A DNA stretch of 64,000 bases, taken from contig JAYWIR010000020.1 in NCBI GenBank assembly GCA_036172245.1, positions 1,612,001 to 1,676,000 of the forward strand. Reading direction: 5' to 3'. The DNA comes from Raillietiella orientalis (taxonomy: Eukaryota). Positions 1 to 12,700 of the stretch are shown piece by piece (position 1 is the stretch's first letter; each line of letters begins with the position of its first letter). Below the pieces are notes generated by a model. It saw only the letters and a program-made list of their open reading frames with translations, ran no database searches and was not told where the DNA came from. The position numbers were made by a program, and so were the translations under genes.

Positions 1-579
1 GTGACTCTGTGGCGCTTTCAGTTTGTCAGCACCCCAGGTCGAAATGGGACGGCAGGGCCAAGTAGCAGAAGAAGAGAAATAAACAGATGCTTAAGTAGAT
101 TAGAGGGAGAGAAAGGTACTTAAAGAGAGCAAGAGGGTTGTGTGGCGTTCGTGGCCACGAAGAGGGAGATTATAATGGCGATAAAGCGTGATGACAATGA
201 ACTAGTGATGGCGAGGGTGACGAATAACAATAATAACATGACGATGACGGCAATGAACAAGAGTCAGGATGATAGGAGGGTCTAGAAGACGATGTAAGCG
301 TAGAAGTCGGTGACAAGAATGACACCATCTGAACGGCTGGCTGATGGATTTCCATTGGGCACACAAACAAATATCGTATCTCTTCAGCACGTAATGGAAC
401 GAGGAATTCACGGTTTCGAGAGTTTCAGAAGTTTCCCCAAGACCAATTTGACCCGAGTTGACCGCTGCTCCACACCGTCTCTGGGAATCCTTCAGGCCAA
501 CGATCTACTCTTCAGTCTTCGACTCCCTCATGGAGTGTAGAAACCCTCTGCAGTGTCCTTGAGTTTTGCGTTGCGATCG

Positions 580-585
580 TTTATT
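580..585 (-). terminator. Candidate polyadenylation signal AATAAA for the Cav-beta transcript
   Basis: This is the first minus-strand AATAAA I found downstream of the stop at 2940, implying a 3' UTR of about 2.4 kb. Motif evidence only. Confidence 0.25.
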
Positions 586-2939
586 TCCGTTCCGCCCCGT
601 CCTTTCAGGGGTCGTCTTTCCGGGCGACCTGTGCCGTTGTAGTTGTTCAAGGGAAGCAGGGATTCCCGGCGAACAGGAAGTGGAAGGCAGAGTTTTCTGA
701 TTGGGTGTTCCAGTCTCCACCGAGAAAAAGGAAGAACGAATCCCCCCGCATGACCCAAGCTCAGCCCAGCCTCTGTTGCTCGCCACAGATTGGTGTGCCC
801 TCCGAGGAGCGGCTCACGTCTTCCGGTTCGGGCGAACGCGAGTGCGCCGCGGCCACTCCCGCCCGGCCTGTGGCTGCCGCCGCTGGCTGCGCTGCCTTCC
901 ACGCTGTCTTGGGTCTGCCCGCGCATTCTGCCGAATTCTTCGGCCCCTGCATCTCCGGAGGGCAGACTCGCTCTGCAGAGTCTCTTTCTTCTCTATCTTC
1001 CCCCTTCCGCCGCCAAGTCCCTGCGTCCGGAGTTTTGGTCGTGCCGAAAGAATCGCTAATGGCCGGTGCGTCCCTTGACGGATGTCTGGAACGTCGTCGA
1101 CACTCCGGGCAGGGTTCCTCTCTTTTCGGAAACTCGATATGGGACTTTTTTGCGGTCCTCGAGGGATCTCGACGAAACTGCGACCTGCAGCAAGGAACGT
1201 CCTCTCCGGATGAAGGAGACTGCACTGAGACCCTGAGGGTCAGCAAGGACTGGAGGGATTACTTTTTTCCTGAAGACTCTGCCACGTCCGTCTGCAGCTC
1301 CTCCTTCCGCGCACGCAAGCACAGGGTTTGTGCGAAGCTTCCAGAATCCCGGGAGCTTTAGGGACCAGCGCTCTCTGCGGCCGGCGGCGGAGAGCTCCCG
1401 GATCGTCTCACCGGAGAAGGGTCCGGCGTCGAGAGCGGTGCGAGAGGGATGGCGGAGAGAAAGCCGAGAGTTAGCGCTTTCCTCCCGAAAGATCGGTCCA
1501 GATGCTGCACGTCCTTTATCGATCTCCCGCCTTCCGTAAGCACGTCGCTCTCTTGAGCTCCACGCTGATCCTTCGTGCAGGAGGAGAGAGAGGAACGGGA
1601 GATGCCGACCCGCCGCCCCGAGACGCTCCCGGACTCGCGGAAATGTGAGGGAAGAGAAGGAAGCGTTCCCGGAAAAATTCAAGGACTCTTACAGCAGGAG
1701 TCCGTCCTTTCCAGGAGCCTTGTAACCTGAGTCTCCTCGAGTTTCCTCCAGATTCCCCCTCCTCTGCGCCTGCTTGCCATCTAGGGGAACCTACGCGACT
1801 TGGGAAAACCAGCAACCGCCTGCGGCGAGAGACGTGGGTGTGGCAAGGCGGCAGCCGTTTTCTCCCTCTCGCTTGACGGATGCTGCGGATCGGGATAGGG
1901 GACGCAGTGCCTGCGAAGAAATTTGGTCCTGCGAAGAAGTTGTCGGTGGCTCGTGGCAGCGGACCATTGCTCAGTTCGCCGCGAGACATCTCTCGGAGTC
2001 AAGCAGACGCCCTTGATGAGCACCTCCCGGGTTCCTCCTGATCGCTGCATCCGAACCACCTGTCCCTGGAAGAGTTGCTTTCCCCCCTCTTTCCTGCCGT
2101 CCCTGCCTTGAGGCAGTGGAGGCACGTTTGACTCTCTTCCCGGTCGCATCACTCCACCTGCTCGCTTCCCGTCGGGAAGACGGGAATGGACTCCGTGTAG
2201 AGAGGGAGGCCAACCTCTTCTCCATCTGTCAAATGGGATCGGGCCCTCCCTGCGGCCGCCTAGAAATGACATGTTTCCCCCCTTCCTCCTTTTCCCCGCC
2301 CGACCTTCCTCTCGCCTGAGGGGCAAGCGGCGACCCTGGAGCTCGGGCCGCGCCTGCGGGGGTAAAAGTACGGAATGAGCACGCCTGCCCTCCACGGACA
2401 AGACGTCCCTTCTAGGATGCCCCCGAACCGTGGAGCCTTCCGGAGGAGCCTCTCGAGCGCTCCTTCCCGTAGGCCCCGCGAAGCCTCTGACGAAAGATTC
2501 GGCGATTTGCTCGTGGGGCACTCGGCCCGACCCTCCCTGCCCTGGCTGCTGTGGTGCCAGGCGGCTCAGGAGAGACCTCCCTCGATCTCCCCTCCCGATG
2601 GGGCCGAGGAGGGAAAGGATCTCCCGGGGTTACAAAAGGGAGCTGCATCCTGTATTGTGCGATACAAAAGAAAGGAGAGAAAAAGAGGAGTGGGGTGGGG
2701 TGGGGATGGGACCTCGGGAGCGCACGGGTGGGGCGTGTCCTCCTGATGCTGTTCGCGGCGCCCTCCGGAAGGGGGCAAGGCGTGGGCGGAATGGGGTGGG
2801 CGTGAGATGGGTCTGCGGTCCTCGGCGTTCCTCGTCCCTCACGTGAGGGGGGAGAGGAAGGGGGAGGGGGGTCCGGTCGTCTCCTCTGCTCCCCTCCTCC
2901 TCCTGCAGGAGCAGCAGCAGCAGCCGGGAGGGAGGGAAA

Positions 2940-3709
2940 TCAGAGGTCAGGGAGTCCCCGGCGGGCTGCGGAGGAGGAGCGGCGACGGCGGTACTCCTCG
3001 TCCCTGGGGGTCCTTCCCGCCTCACGGTAGATCACTGGGGGAGGGGTCTCTATGCTTCCTGCTCCCCTGCCCTTCCCAGCGGGTCGGGGCTGGTCTCCGC
3101 CATCGGCGGGGTCCCTCCGCCTCGCCGCCGCGTCCCTCCGCCGGGAGGCGCTGCTTCGCAGCTCCCGCAGCCCCGCCGAAGAGAAGTACCGCGACCCCTC
3201 GAAGTCGGACGAGTGCGAGTGGCAGTCCACGGAGTGGCCCCGGGTGGACTCGCGATGCTCCAGCATGCTGTAGGAGGGCTCGAAGTGGTCCAGGGAGTAG
3301 TGGTACAGGTCGCGCTGCTGGTCCGCCCCGCAGTAGTGGAAGGCACGCCGGCCCTCGCATGGCGACTGCGCCTGCAGCGGAGCTCCCGCGACCCGCCTGC
3401 CGCGGCCCACAAACTGCTCCTCCTCCTCCTCTTCCTCATCGTTGTCCTCTTCCTCCTCCTCTTCCTCCTCTTCCAGATCCTCCTCTTCCTCCTCCTCCCC
3501 CTCCTCCTCCTCCTTGGCCGCCGCTGCCGCTGCCGCCGCCGTCCCGGGGCATCGACTCGACCCCGCGAACCGGGAGGAAGACCGTAACCCGACGCCGCTC
3601 GATCGAGGCTGGCGGTCAGCAGCGACGCTTTTCAGCTGCTGCTGCTGGTGGTGATGCTGGCGGTGGCGGTGCTGCTGGCTCTGGTGGTGGCGCTGATGGT
3701 CCCTCGAAG
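2940..3709 (-). CDS. CACNB: Probable terminal Cav-beta exon: low-complexity C-terminus (His/Gln tract, poly-Ala, ~32-residue acidic tract, Arg/Ser-rich end ...RRGLPDL*)
   Basis: Strong acceptor (tccgttctctttccctctgttgcag|) in the phase required by the 5723 donor. The frame is open for 770 nt, and the trinucleotide repeats keep to that frame. No homology support is available for this variable region. Confidence 0.7.
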
Positions 3710-6700
3710 CTGCAACAGAGGGAAAGAGAACGGAGGATGAGCTGTCAGGATGTGTCGCTTCAGTTGCCGCCCCGCGAGCACGGCGCGAGGGCGCACGCGA
3801 GGTTTCCCTCCCCATTTTCGTTTCGGACGCCCCCCTGTTAGTTGTGTGAGTGGGGTGGAGGAGGGGGGGGGAGTTCCCTCAGGACACCCTCGTTCCTCCC
3901 TTGCCTGTGCCCCGTGCAGGACCCGGAGCCTGCCTCCCTCTGCCAGAGGGGAGCGACCAACGCGGGTTCGTGCAGGTGAGCGCGCAGGGTGCTGACCAGG
4001 CGCCTGCCTGGGGAACGCCTGCACACTTCCTTGCGGGTCGAGCATGCGGGTTAGCTGCGCGGTCTTCCCCCTCTCCCCCTCCCCTTCCGTTTCCATCCCG
4101 CGGGCACTTCCGGAAGCCGCCGGAGGGCCGCCAAGAGGAAGGAGGAGGAGAGGGAGGCCCGCAGGCGGGGTGAGGGCGAGCCGGGAGCGCCCCGGTGCAT
4201 ACCGTACTTTTCGATCCCGGAGCCGGGCCGGACACACCCGGGGGCGTGTCCAGAAACTCTTCCAAGGAGTCGCACACATGGAAGGGCGCCTCCGCGTCCC
4301 CGAAGAACGCCCACCTCCAAGGAGCAGCCTAAAAGGGGGGGAGGGGGAGGGGGAGAGACGGGAGAAACAAAGCACGCGAGAGGGGAGGGTGGTGCCGCCT
4401 CGTGGGCGTTTGCAAGAACTCCGCGGTTGCCGCGCCTTCCGGGAGAGGCCGCCTCCATCAGTACCCGTCGTCCTCGATCTCAGCGTCCGAGACGTACGCT
4501 GAAAGAACAGCATCTTCAGTGACTGAGAATGGTCCTGGGCCGCCGTCGCCGCCCGTCAGGGAATGGGTGGTTGGGAATGTGAAAGGGAGGAGCTTAGATC
4601 ACCGGCCGCCTTGGGAGTGGAAAGAAGGAGGTGGGAGGGAGAGTTCACAGCAAAATGCGTGGACGGAAGCAGAGGGACCCGAGATGCGCGCGGAAGGGCG
4701 CCTCTGTCCAGACACGGAAGGGCTCTCGTCTCTCAAAATAATTTCAAGACCCTGACGGTCCCTCAGAACAAAAGACAGGATCCTCCATCACACCACCCCT
4801 CCCAACTGCCTTTCCCCCCCTTTTCAAACGTTGCACCCTCTCCTGCACGAGGTGAGACAGGGAGGTCCGCACCAACCCCAGATGTTACAGAGCGAGGCGA
4901 GGGAGGGAGGTGGCGGCAGTCGCACCCTGGTCGCCAGAAGCTCGTCTGCGGGCGTACTGAGGAAGGGGGGCCGATTACAGGAGTCGGAAAGGGGAGAGGC
5001 GAAGGGGAACTCGGGAAAGATTTCCTGGACAACCAGGATCCAGGACTCTGGCGTTAAGCGTCCCAAGTACAGTCCGGACGAGTGGCACCGCCCTCTTTGA
5101 CTCCGCAAGGGGATGATCCCTTGATGTTCACGTGCAGAGAGCACTCGCAGGGAGGAAAGGAAGAGGAAGGGAAGAGGAGAAAAAAGAGGGAGAAGGAAGG
5201 AAGGAAGAAGGGGAAAAAAGAGGGGGCCGGCAGGAGCAACTCATTTCTCCGCTCTTCCATTGTCTCTCGTCTTCTAGTGCTCTTTCTTCCAGAGTGGGGC
5301 CTGCAGCAGGGTGCGTTGCTGACGGGGCGATTGGGCCAGGAGAAGAGGTAGGGATGGGCGGAAGGTGGTGGGTGCAGAAGTCGTCAAGAGGAAGAGGGCC
5401 GTCCTTTCCCGTCTCGGGTGAAGTAGAGGTCGACCAGAAGACCCGCGACCCGGATGGCCTCACGTCCTCCCGCAGGGACGGGGTTCCGGAAACGGCAAAC
5501 GGATGACCTCGGCAAGAGAGGTGCACTGCCATGGCGCTCTCGCCCCGCCTCAGGAGGGTCGCCGTCCGTTCCTGCCTGGAGGCCTGGAGGTGGGGGCGTC
5601 GTGGCGGAAAGCAAGCGGAGGAGGGTGGTGCCGCCTCTCACTGCTGGTGCGGAGCGCTTGATCCCTCGTGGGCGGGGGGACGTCGGCCGGCCCCCGTCCC
5701 GTCCCTCCTTCTCCCTCTTTTACCTTCCTCCATCTCAGGGGAGTCCTGGGTGGCTGCGTCCGAAGGCTCTCCTCGAGCAGAGTAGGTGGGTGAGGGCAGA
5801 GCCCGCCTGAGGGGGGCTACGGAGGACTTGGAGGGCGGGTGGGTTGCCCGCCAATACGCCTCCAGGTACTCGGCCATGTGCTCGCACGCCTCCTCCAATT
5901 GGTTCTCGTCCAGGATGACGTCGAACTTCTCCGGGGGGCATTGCGCCAGCTTCTCCGCGGCCACCATCTGCACGTTGAGATTGCGGCTCTGGGACTTCCC
6001 TCGGGACTTGATCAGCCGCTGCAGGACCTGCGGGAACAAGCGGGAAAGGGATGCCTATATGGAGATCCTGAAGTTGGGATGCGGTAGGCGATGAGGTCGC
6101 GCAGGTGCAGGCTGGGGGTCCCTCCGTGGGATGCGCACGTGGAGGAGGAGGAATGGAGGAAAGAGCCTTCCCAGATGCATCTGGGCTGTTATCGAACCTG
6201 CGCCCCTCCTCGAGATCATTCCGGTGGTTCTTCCTCGAGACCTGGGCAGGAAGGAGGAGCCCTGCGGGAGGTCAGAAGGGGCAGCTCAACCGGTGACGGC
6301 ACCGGCCCCACAGAGAGCGACGAGCCAAGTGGAACCGGTCGAAGGGGGCAGCAGGATCGCTGTCAGTCGGGTCCGCGAACTCTTCAGGCAAAAATTACGC
6401 ACGGCGAGCCGGAGATCCGGAAGCTTACGGAGGGCGCGAGCATCCCGCTGCATATTAGGACCGAGCGCACCTCCTATCCAGGTGGCACAGTGGTTTTTCC
6501 GACAGCGCAATCGGTGGTCGGGAAGGTCGACGGAAAGAAGCCAAAAAGACACTCCGCACTGCCACGGTCATCGCCCGAGTCGCGAACAAAGGCGCCGGAA
6601 GAGAGACGTTTTCTTCCCGCAGCAGGCTCACGCCTTCCCAGTTGCCTTCCTTGGGCGGACCCTCGATGGGTCTGCCGACCCCTCCTATCCCGCAACGACC

Positions 6701-9700
6701 GGAACCTCCCAGGCAACGGAGCACCCGCTCTATCCATTCCCTGTTCAGAGGGAGGATGATTCGAATCTCGAAAGAGCGAGAGCGTCCCTGCACTTCTTGA
6801 CGCACCTGGAGCCCTAATTCAAGGGAGGAAGGGGGTCTTTGGCAGGTTCTGGGGAAGCGAGGCGATCCCACAGAGAAGAAGAGGTTCTCCCTTCCCTCCC
6901 GTCGAACCCGGTCTTGGGAAAGATGGACAGAGCTGCCGATGGCCGGTTGGCGCGCGACCCGGCGCGCTCTGGATTCCGTAACACAGAGGCCGACCAACTT
7001 CCACGCCCTTCCACGAAGAGGGAACAGCTCCGATCGACTGGTAGGGAAACTTCGAGATGGTTGCTGCGCGAGGGCGTCGAGAGGAAAGTTCAGGCGACTC
7101 TCTCCCTCGTGTCGGAGACAGCAAAATGCAGGCATGAAGTGCAGCGAGTTCATGCATGACTGCTGGGGCCAGTGGGGGCCGGAGCTGTCCGTAGGACCCC
7201 ACGCAGTCTGATTCGGGAGCAAAGTGCAAAAATTAGCGGTCACCCGGCAGTCTTCTTCCCTCATCCAAGGGAACGTAGCCGACTCTTCGACCGATGGAGG
7301 AAGACAGCGCTGCACGTGGAGGTCGGCAAGAGGCGCGCATTCCGGCAAGAAAAGACGAAAAGAAAGCCCGGGCTGGAAGAACCCCCCATTCCGCGGGCAG
7401 CTTTACCTTCGGTGAAGAAATCTTCAGGTAGACGATGATTGGGGCCAATGAAGTTTTGCTCAGTTGCGATGGATGATTAATTGTATCACAATCTAATATC
7501 ACCAGCTGGAAGAGCAGGGGATTCACGTTGCATCCATCCACGTTTGCCCTACCTGCATGCTGCGGGCCAGCTCGAAAATTCTTTCGATTTCTGTTTGTAC
7601 TTCGATAAGGCACGGCGACCTTGAATTGGATCTCTCTATGATGGCGCGTTTCGAAGGGCTATTCATGACAGATCGTTTGGCCAGGGAAATGTCTATGGTT
7701 ATGCGTGTGATGATGATCCTGAAACGAGAAAAACCCATCTGAGATCCGGCCGCACGAGGGAGCGGAGGGAAGCGTTGGAAACCGAATCTCCATCATCGCG
7801 AACCGAAAGATCTCCTTCGGAATCACTCATCGGTAAGGCTACGACGGAAAGAGAGGCAGGCAGTGTCTGTCTGGAACGCACGGCATAGGGAAAGAACAAG
7901 ACTGTGATTGATCGAGGAGCCAAGACGAACCTTGAGATTTGTTTCTTTTGGTACCTCGGCCAACATTTTTGCAGTAGATGGCGTTTGTATTCACCGTTTG
8001 CTCGTGTCCGCATATGCCCGTGCAATGAGAATGACGTGAAGATTATTTACGAGGTGCGCGCAGTGCGTATCTGTAGCACGGAAGCTTTGACCGATGCGTT
8101 CGGACCCCATCAGCAAGTAAAAATCGATCCACCCACCTCCATATTTAGTACATCCTGCTTATTTGCTTAGTCGCAGAGAGACGTGTTTTAGATAAGGAAC
8201 GAATGAGTCTTCAATAAACGGTGGTATAAAACCCAAGCCAGCGCCGGCTTCTTGCTGGAGGCATGGGAGGCAGAAAGCGGCCACACCTGAAGTTGTGGGA
8301 TCTCCAGCTCCGAATAGCTCGTTGCCGAGGTAACTTGGCCAACCTCTCCGGGAGCGCTACCGCTCCCAGCACAAGGAGCGCTGCGCCTCCATTCGATGGT
8401 CCAAGATCCGGAAATACACCCGGCAGCCTCGCATTCCCGGGCGCTCGCAAGAGTTTCATTTGGAGTGCCAGCAACTCCGACACACAACAACCCGTCTGAC
8501 ATGCAAGATGTACATTCATGACGGACTCTTGTCAATTATTCAGGAGGGGATCAAAAACCTGCCATTTTGATTCTGTCTGAAGACAGAATCGTTAGCTCCC
8601 GGCATCAGACATCACATTGTTCGTTCCTTCGGATTGCGCACGGCCCACGCATTTGCAAACGAAGCTCTGAGATCGTCGCGTGACGGGGGGTGACCACTCG
8701 CCAAGGCATAAGTGACACGAGAGTGACTGGTGCCATGCTTTGCCAGCGCAGCGGAAAGGGGGTAACTCACCGCTATCCGATAGCGGTGAGTTACTAATAG
8801 CGGCCTCGAGCATCTTGCCGTCGACTTTGTGCAAGGTCCTCCCGGGACTTTCCTCGCAACCTATGAGGGAAGCTTCTCAGGATCACAGGCGGATCACCTT
8901 CTTCACCAAAGGTCCACATCAAGTCCGAACAGCCACGCCGTGGGAGGACGGGGAAGCCCTTGCCCCTGTGAGCGACTTGGAAACCCAAAGGTTCGCTGGC
9001 GACGCCGTGAAAACGGATCGAAGGAACGTTGGCGCGCTCCTTCCGTTTTTCTCGAAAAAGCGCATCGCAGGGGACGTCCAGGAAGGAAGGCAGGGAAGAT
9101 GTTCGCACAGATTATGCGCGGAATCCCTGAGACCGAAATGACGCTCCCTTCTCGCTTGGAAATTCTTCAAGGGATGCACGCTCGTTGCTGCATGCTGCGT
9201 ACTTGTCTCTTTTGTTTTTGGCAAGCATCTAAGACGGTGGGATCAGCGGTCCATTTTCCAGATGGAGCGGAGTTTAGGAAACAGAGCAAAACCATTTCTG
9301 TTCATCACCTGAGGAAATCCCCCTCCCCCAAAATAAAAAAAAATAAAAATAAAAATAAAAACGATTCGTCAGATAAATACGTAAGCGATTCTGAAGCCTA
9401 AAGAAGGATCCTTTAATTTCTTCATTGGGTCTGTCTGGATGCAAAATGGGTTTATTTATAGAATCCCTAATTTGTGTAAAAGCATCTGCTACGAAGTAGT
9501 AGTATCACGGAGACAGCCTGTGCAAAGTACTGCTGCCCAGACGGCGTCATCTGCGTTCGAGGTGGATTCCTGGATTCCCCCACGAAGCGTGATGCAAGTC
9601 AAAGCCAGATTGCATTCTGGAAGGATGAAAGATGTACCCGTAGACTCCGGGCGCACCAGAACGGGAGGCAAACAGCTGGAGAAACGCTTCGCATATTCGT

Positions 9701-12700
9701 AATTGCCAGAACATTCTTCCCTATCGATTTTTTATTTACTGCATGCGTGTGTACGGTCTCTGCACGAAGTTCTTGGAGACACGCGTACCCGTTACGAGTT
9801 ACGGGCAGCTGCACTGTACAGCAGTTGACGTTCCCCACTACATCCTTTTCCCGACAACTTCTTCCTGTCCACTGACTCCAATTAGCACCAAATAACCTGA
9901 TTTTTTTTCCAGTATCCCGCAAGCACTCCGTACTCTTACATTCGCTTTCTTCTTTCATCCCTCCATGTGGGTAACTTCAAGAGGGAACCCTCTACTCTGG
10001 CTTTGTTTTTCTCTATTCTCTTCCATGATGGATTCAGTCATGGCGCCTTCTCGACGGAGACCCACTCAGACATGCGTATGAGTAAACAACCCCGAAAACG
10101 ACCCACCCTTTCCCTCATAGTTCTCGCAACAACTTTCGATCTGCCGTTCTTGCACGGAACGGGCCGCGCTGAAATCATCGGTTTCTCTGTGTCGAGACCA
10201 ATCAGTGGGTGTGGGAGCTTCACGGACAAGACGTCTGGCGTCTTGCAAAGAGGAGAGAGGACGCCCCCGGCCTTTCCGCGCAAGGCCGATGCAGGACGAC
10301 GAAACGAGCGAGAGTTCCGCGGAGAGGATTCTCCCTACGCTCGTCTTCTCCCGCTTCCCTCAGGTGCGCGGACGACGCCAACTTCTTCTCGACCACCAGG
10401 TTCCTCCCTCCGGCAGTCTCGGGAACCATTTCACTGCCGAGACGGCAAGAGGCGTATTCCCGAGCCCGGTCGGCGGTTTGAACGGTGGCAGACGCGCCTC
10501 GAAGGAAGGCGCCGACACGCAAGCAAGGACGTGCGTTCTCCACATCGTTCTCTCGGGAGCGTCCTCCTCGGTCTTTCTCCTGGATCAGCTCACGTGCGGA
10601 AGCTCTGTCCACGCCGAACCAGGAGCCCCTCAGAGTCCTCATTTTGCGGTCTTGAGCGTGACACGCAAGCTGCGCGCACCAACCGGGTGACTGTGTCCAC
10701 CCGTCGACTCGCGATTTCTGGAATTCGGGCACGGCAGCAAAACGTTTCGGAAGATTCGGACCAGGAGCGGATCTGAAGGACCCGTATCACTGGGGCACCA
10801 GCCCCAGTGATCCGGGTCATCGTTCCCTTGCAACGATCGGAGTCGGCGAAATGACGCTGGTAATGTCAGTGTCATTTCACCACCCCCAGACACCCACATC
10901 AAGCCTTGAGCCTTCCCAGATGCGCCCCAAAGACTGTTCGGGTAATCGTGGTCTCTTCTTCGTTAGATCCCTCGCGAAAGGAAAAAGGAACTTTGGGAGC
11001 TGACCGAAATCATCGAAGGAGTTTCCTCAATCTTCTTGATCGCGTGCTGGTGTGCCAGACGTTCCTCGGGGAGGACTGGCACCCTCCCGGGGTCCCGCAT
11101 GGGGATCCGCTCAGCCAGCACCGCATGGCACTTCCGTTTCCGTGCGGCATGAGACAAACCATACCTTTCCGTGATTTCCCTAGTGGGAGCTGTAGGTTCT
11201 GGGAACGCGCTGGTTGCACTCGGAAGTATTTCGTCGCCGTGCAGGAGCAGGCAGTAGTCAACAGGAGGAACGCGGTGGGCTGCTTTCCCCACGACGCTTG
11301 TGCGAAATGGGAAAGAGGCGTCAAGTGGGAAGCACGGGAGGGCATTTCTCGGCGGAACGCTCTGCCAGCGATCTGGGGGACAGAAGATTCCCGAGGGAGG
11401 CAATATATATATATCCTTGATGTGGATTAGGGGCGAAGGCAGGAAGGATTTCGAATTGCCCGGTGAGTCCAGGAACGCGTCGGAACGCCGAAAGGAAGCT
11501 AGCTGACTTTCCTCCAAAGGAGTCAAGCAAGGGAAAAAGGGAAAAACTCCGGACTGTGGTCATTGATCGTGATCGGATCAGAGGATCAGAGGAAACACCA
11601 TTTAGCAGACGCTTCGCCAGCTACACATCATAATTTACTCTCCGGCGGTTGATAAGAAAAGTCTTCGCATGACTTTAAACGGTGTATCTGCATCATCTGC
11701 AGGGGGAAAAACTTTTCCCGAGCATCTGCTGCGAAGTCGGTCCTGCCCTCCTCCCATTTCGCTGATAAAAGTATTATCAAAGAATGCGCGTTGTTGCGGA
11801 AGTAATGGATGCAACCGCGAGTACAACACGGGAATGGCTCCTTGCCTGGACTTTCGAATACAAAACACATGTCTCTAATTGGTAGCACTGCACATAATGC
11901 ATATCACACGTGCTCATATCATCTGCTTCATTATGGAGACGGATCAGATCTTGTGCAGATCGCTGTGCATTTCAAACCGAGGAGTGAACCCTGCAGGTTC
12001 GGATGCCCCGAATGGCAAACGACGTCGCTTGCTCAAGTGGGAAGTTGCTGCAATCCTTCAAGATCGTGTCCAAGGATGTGGGGAACTTAGATCCGAGGTT
12101 AAATCCCTCGTGGGAATCACGTAGCCTAGTGGGCGAACGGAACCTCGGCGTACTCCGACAACACCCTCAGCATCAGCGAGGAAAAAGAATCTCTCGGAAG
12201 AATCTCGCCGGAGATTCCTCTTGGAGAATTCTCGGTTTCGTGTTACGACCCTTCGGCTCCCACTCCAGCGTTCTTCCAAAACTGCATTGAAGATTCGGAT
12301 GGTGTTGCTAGGATGCGCCAGCAAGATTCCAGATGAAAGGAAACTCGCATACAGTTACTAAGAAAAGATCAAAAGGCTTTCGGCCTTCGGGAGCCGCAGT
12401 CACTTCCAGAGCCCGCTCAAGTCAGAGATGTGTTTGGCAAGCACAGAGATCTACAGCCTCGTTGTTCTCAGGGGCAAGCAGCCTGCGATTGCATTCATTT
12501 ACGAACGCGATAAGCAGTAAAGTTTCCCTAGCCATCCAAACACAATGATGCCTCGGTACTCGGAGGTGTCGGAACTCGTCAAACTCGGTATTCGTCGCAT
12601 TTTGACGAGAAACAAAATGTTTCGACACTCGGCGCATGTTCGGAACTCGACACCACCCCACTCACGAAGAAAAGAGTGAACTCTTTCGTCCCGTGGTAGC

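Noticed and set aside
2691..2711. G-quadruplex-capable GGGG repeats in the presumed 3' UTR, and (CG)n Z-DNA-like tracts at ~17817, 21158 and 53571
   Set aside because: G/C runs and alternating tracts are common throughout this window, so there is no specific signal.
170..5640. Many overlapping long ORFs on both strands (e.g. 2807-3841 +, 3632-4513 -, 705-1361 +)
   Set aside because: They give Arg/Gly/Pro/Ser-rich translations typical of GC-rich non-coding DNA or antisense shadows of the terminal exon, with no recognisable domains.
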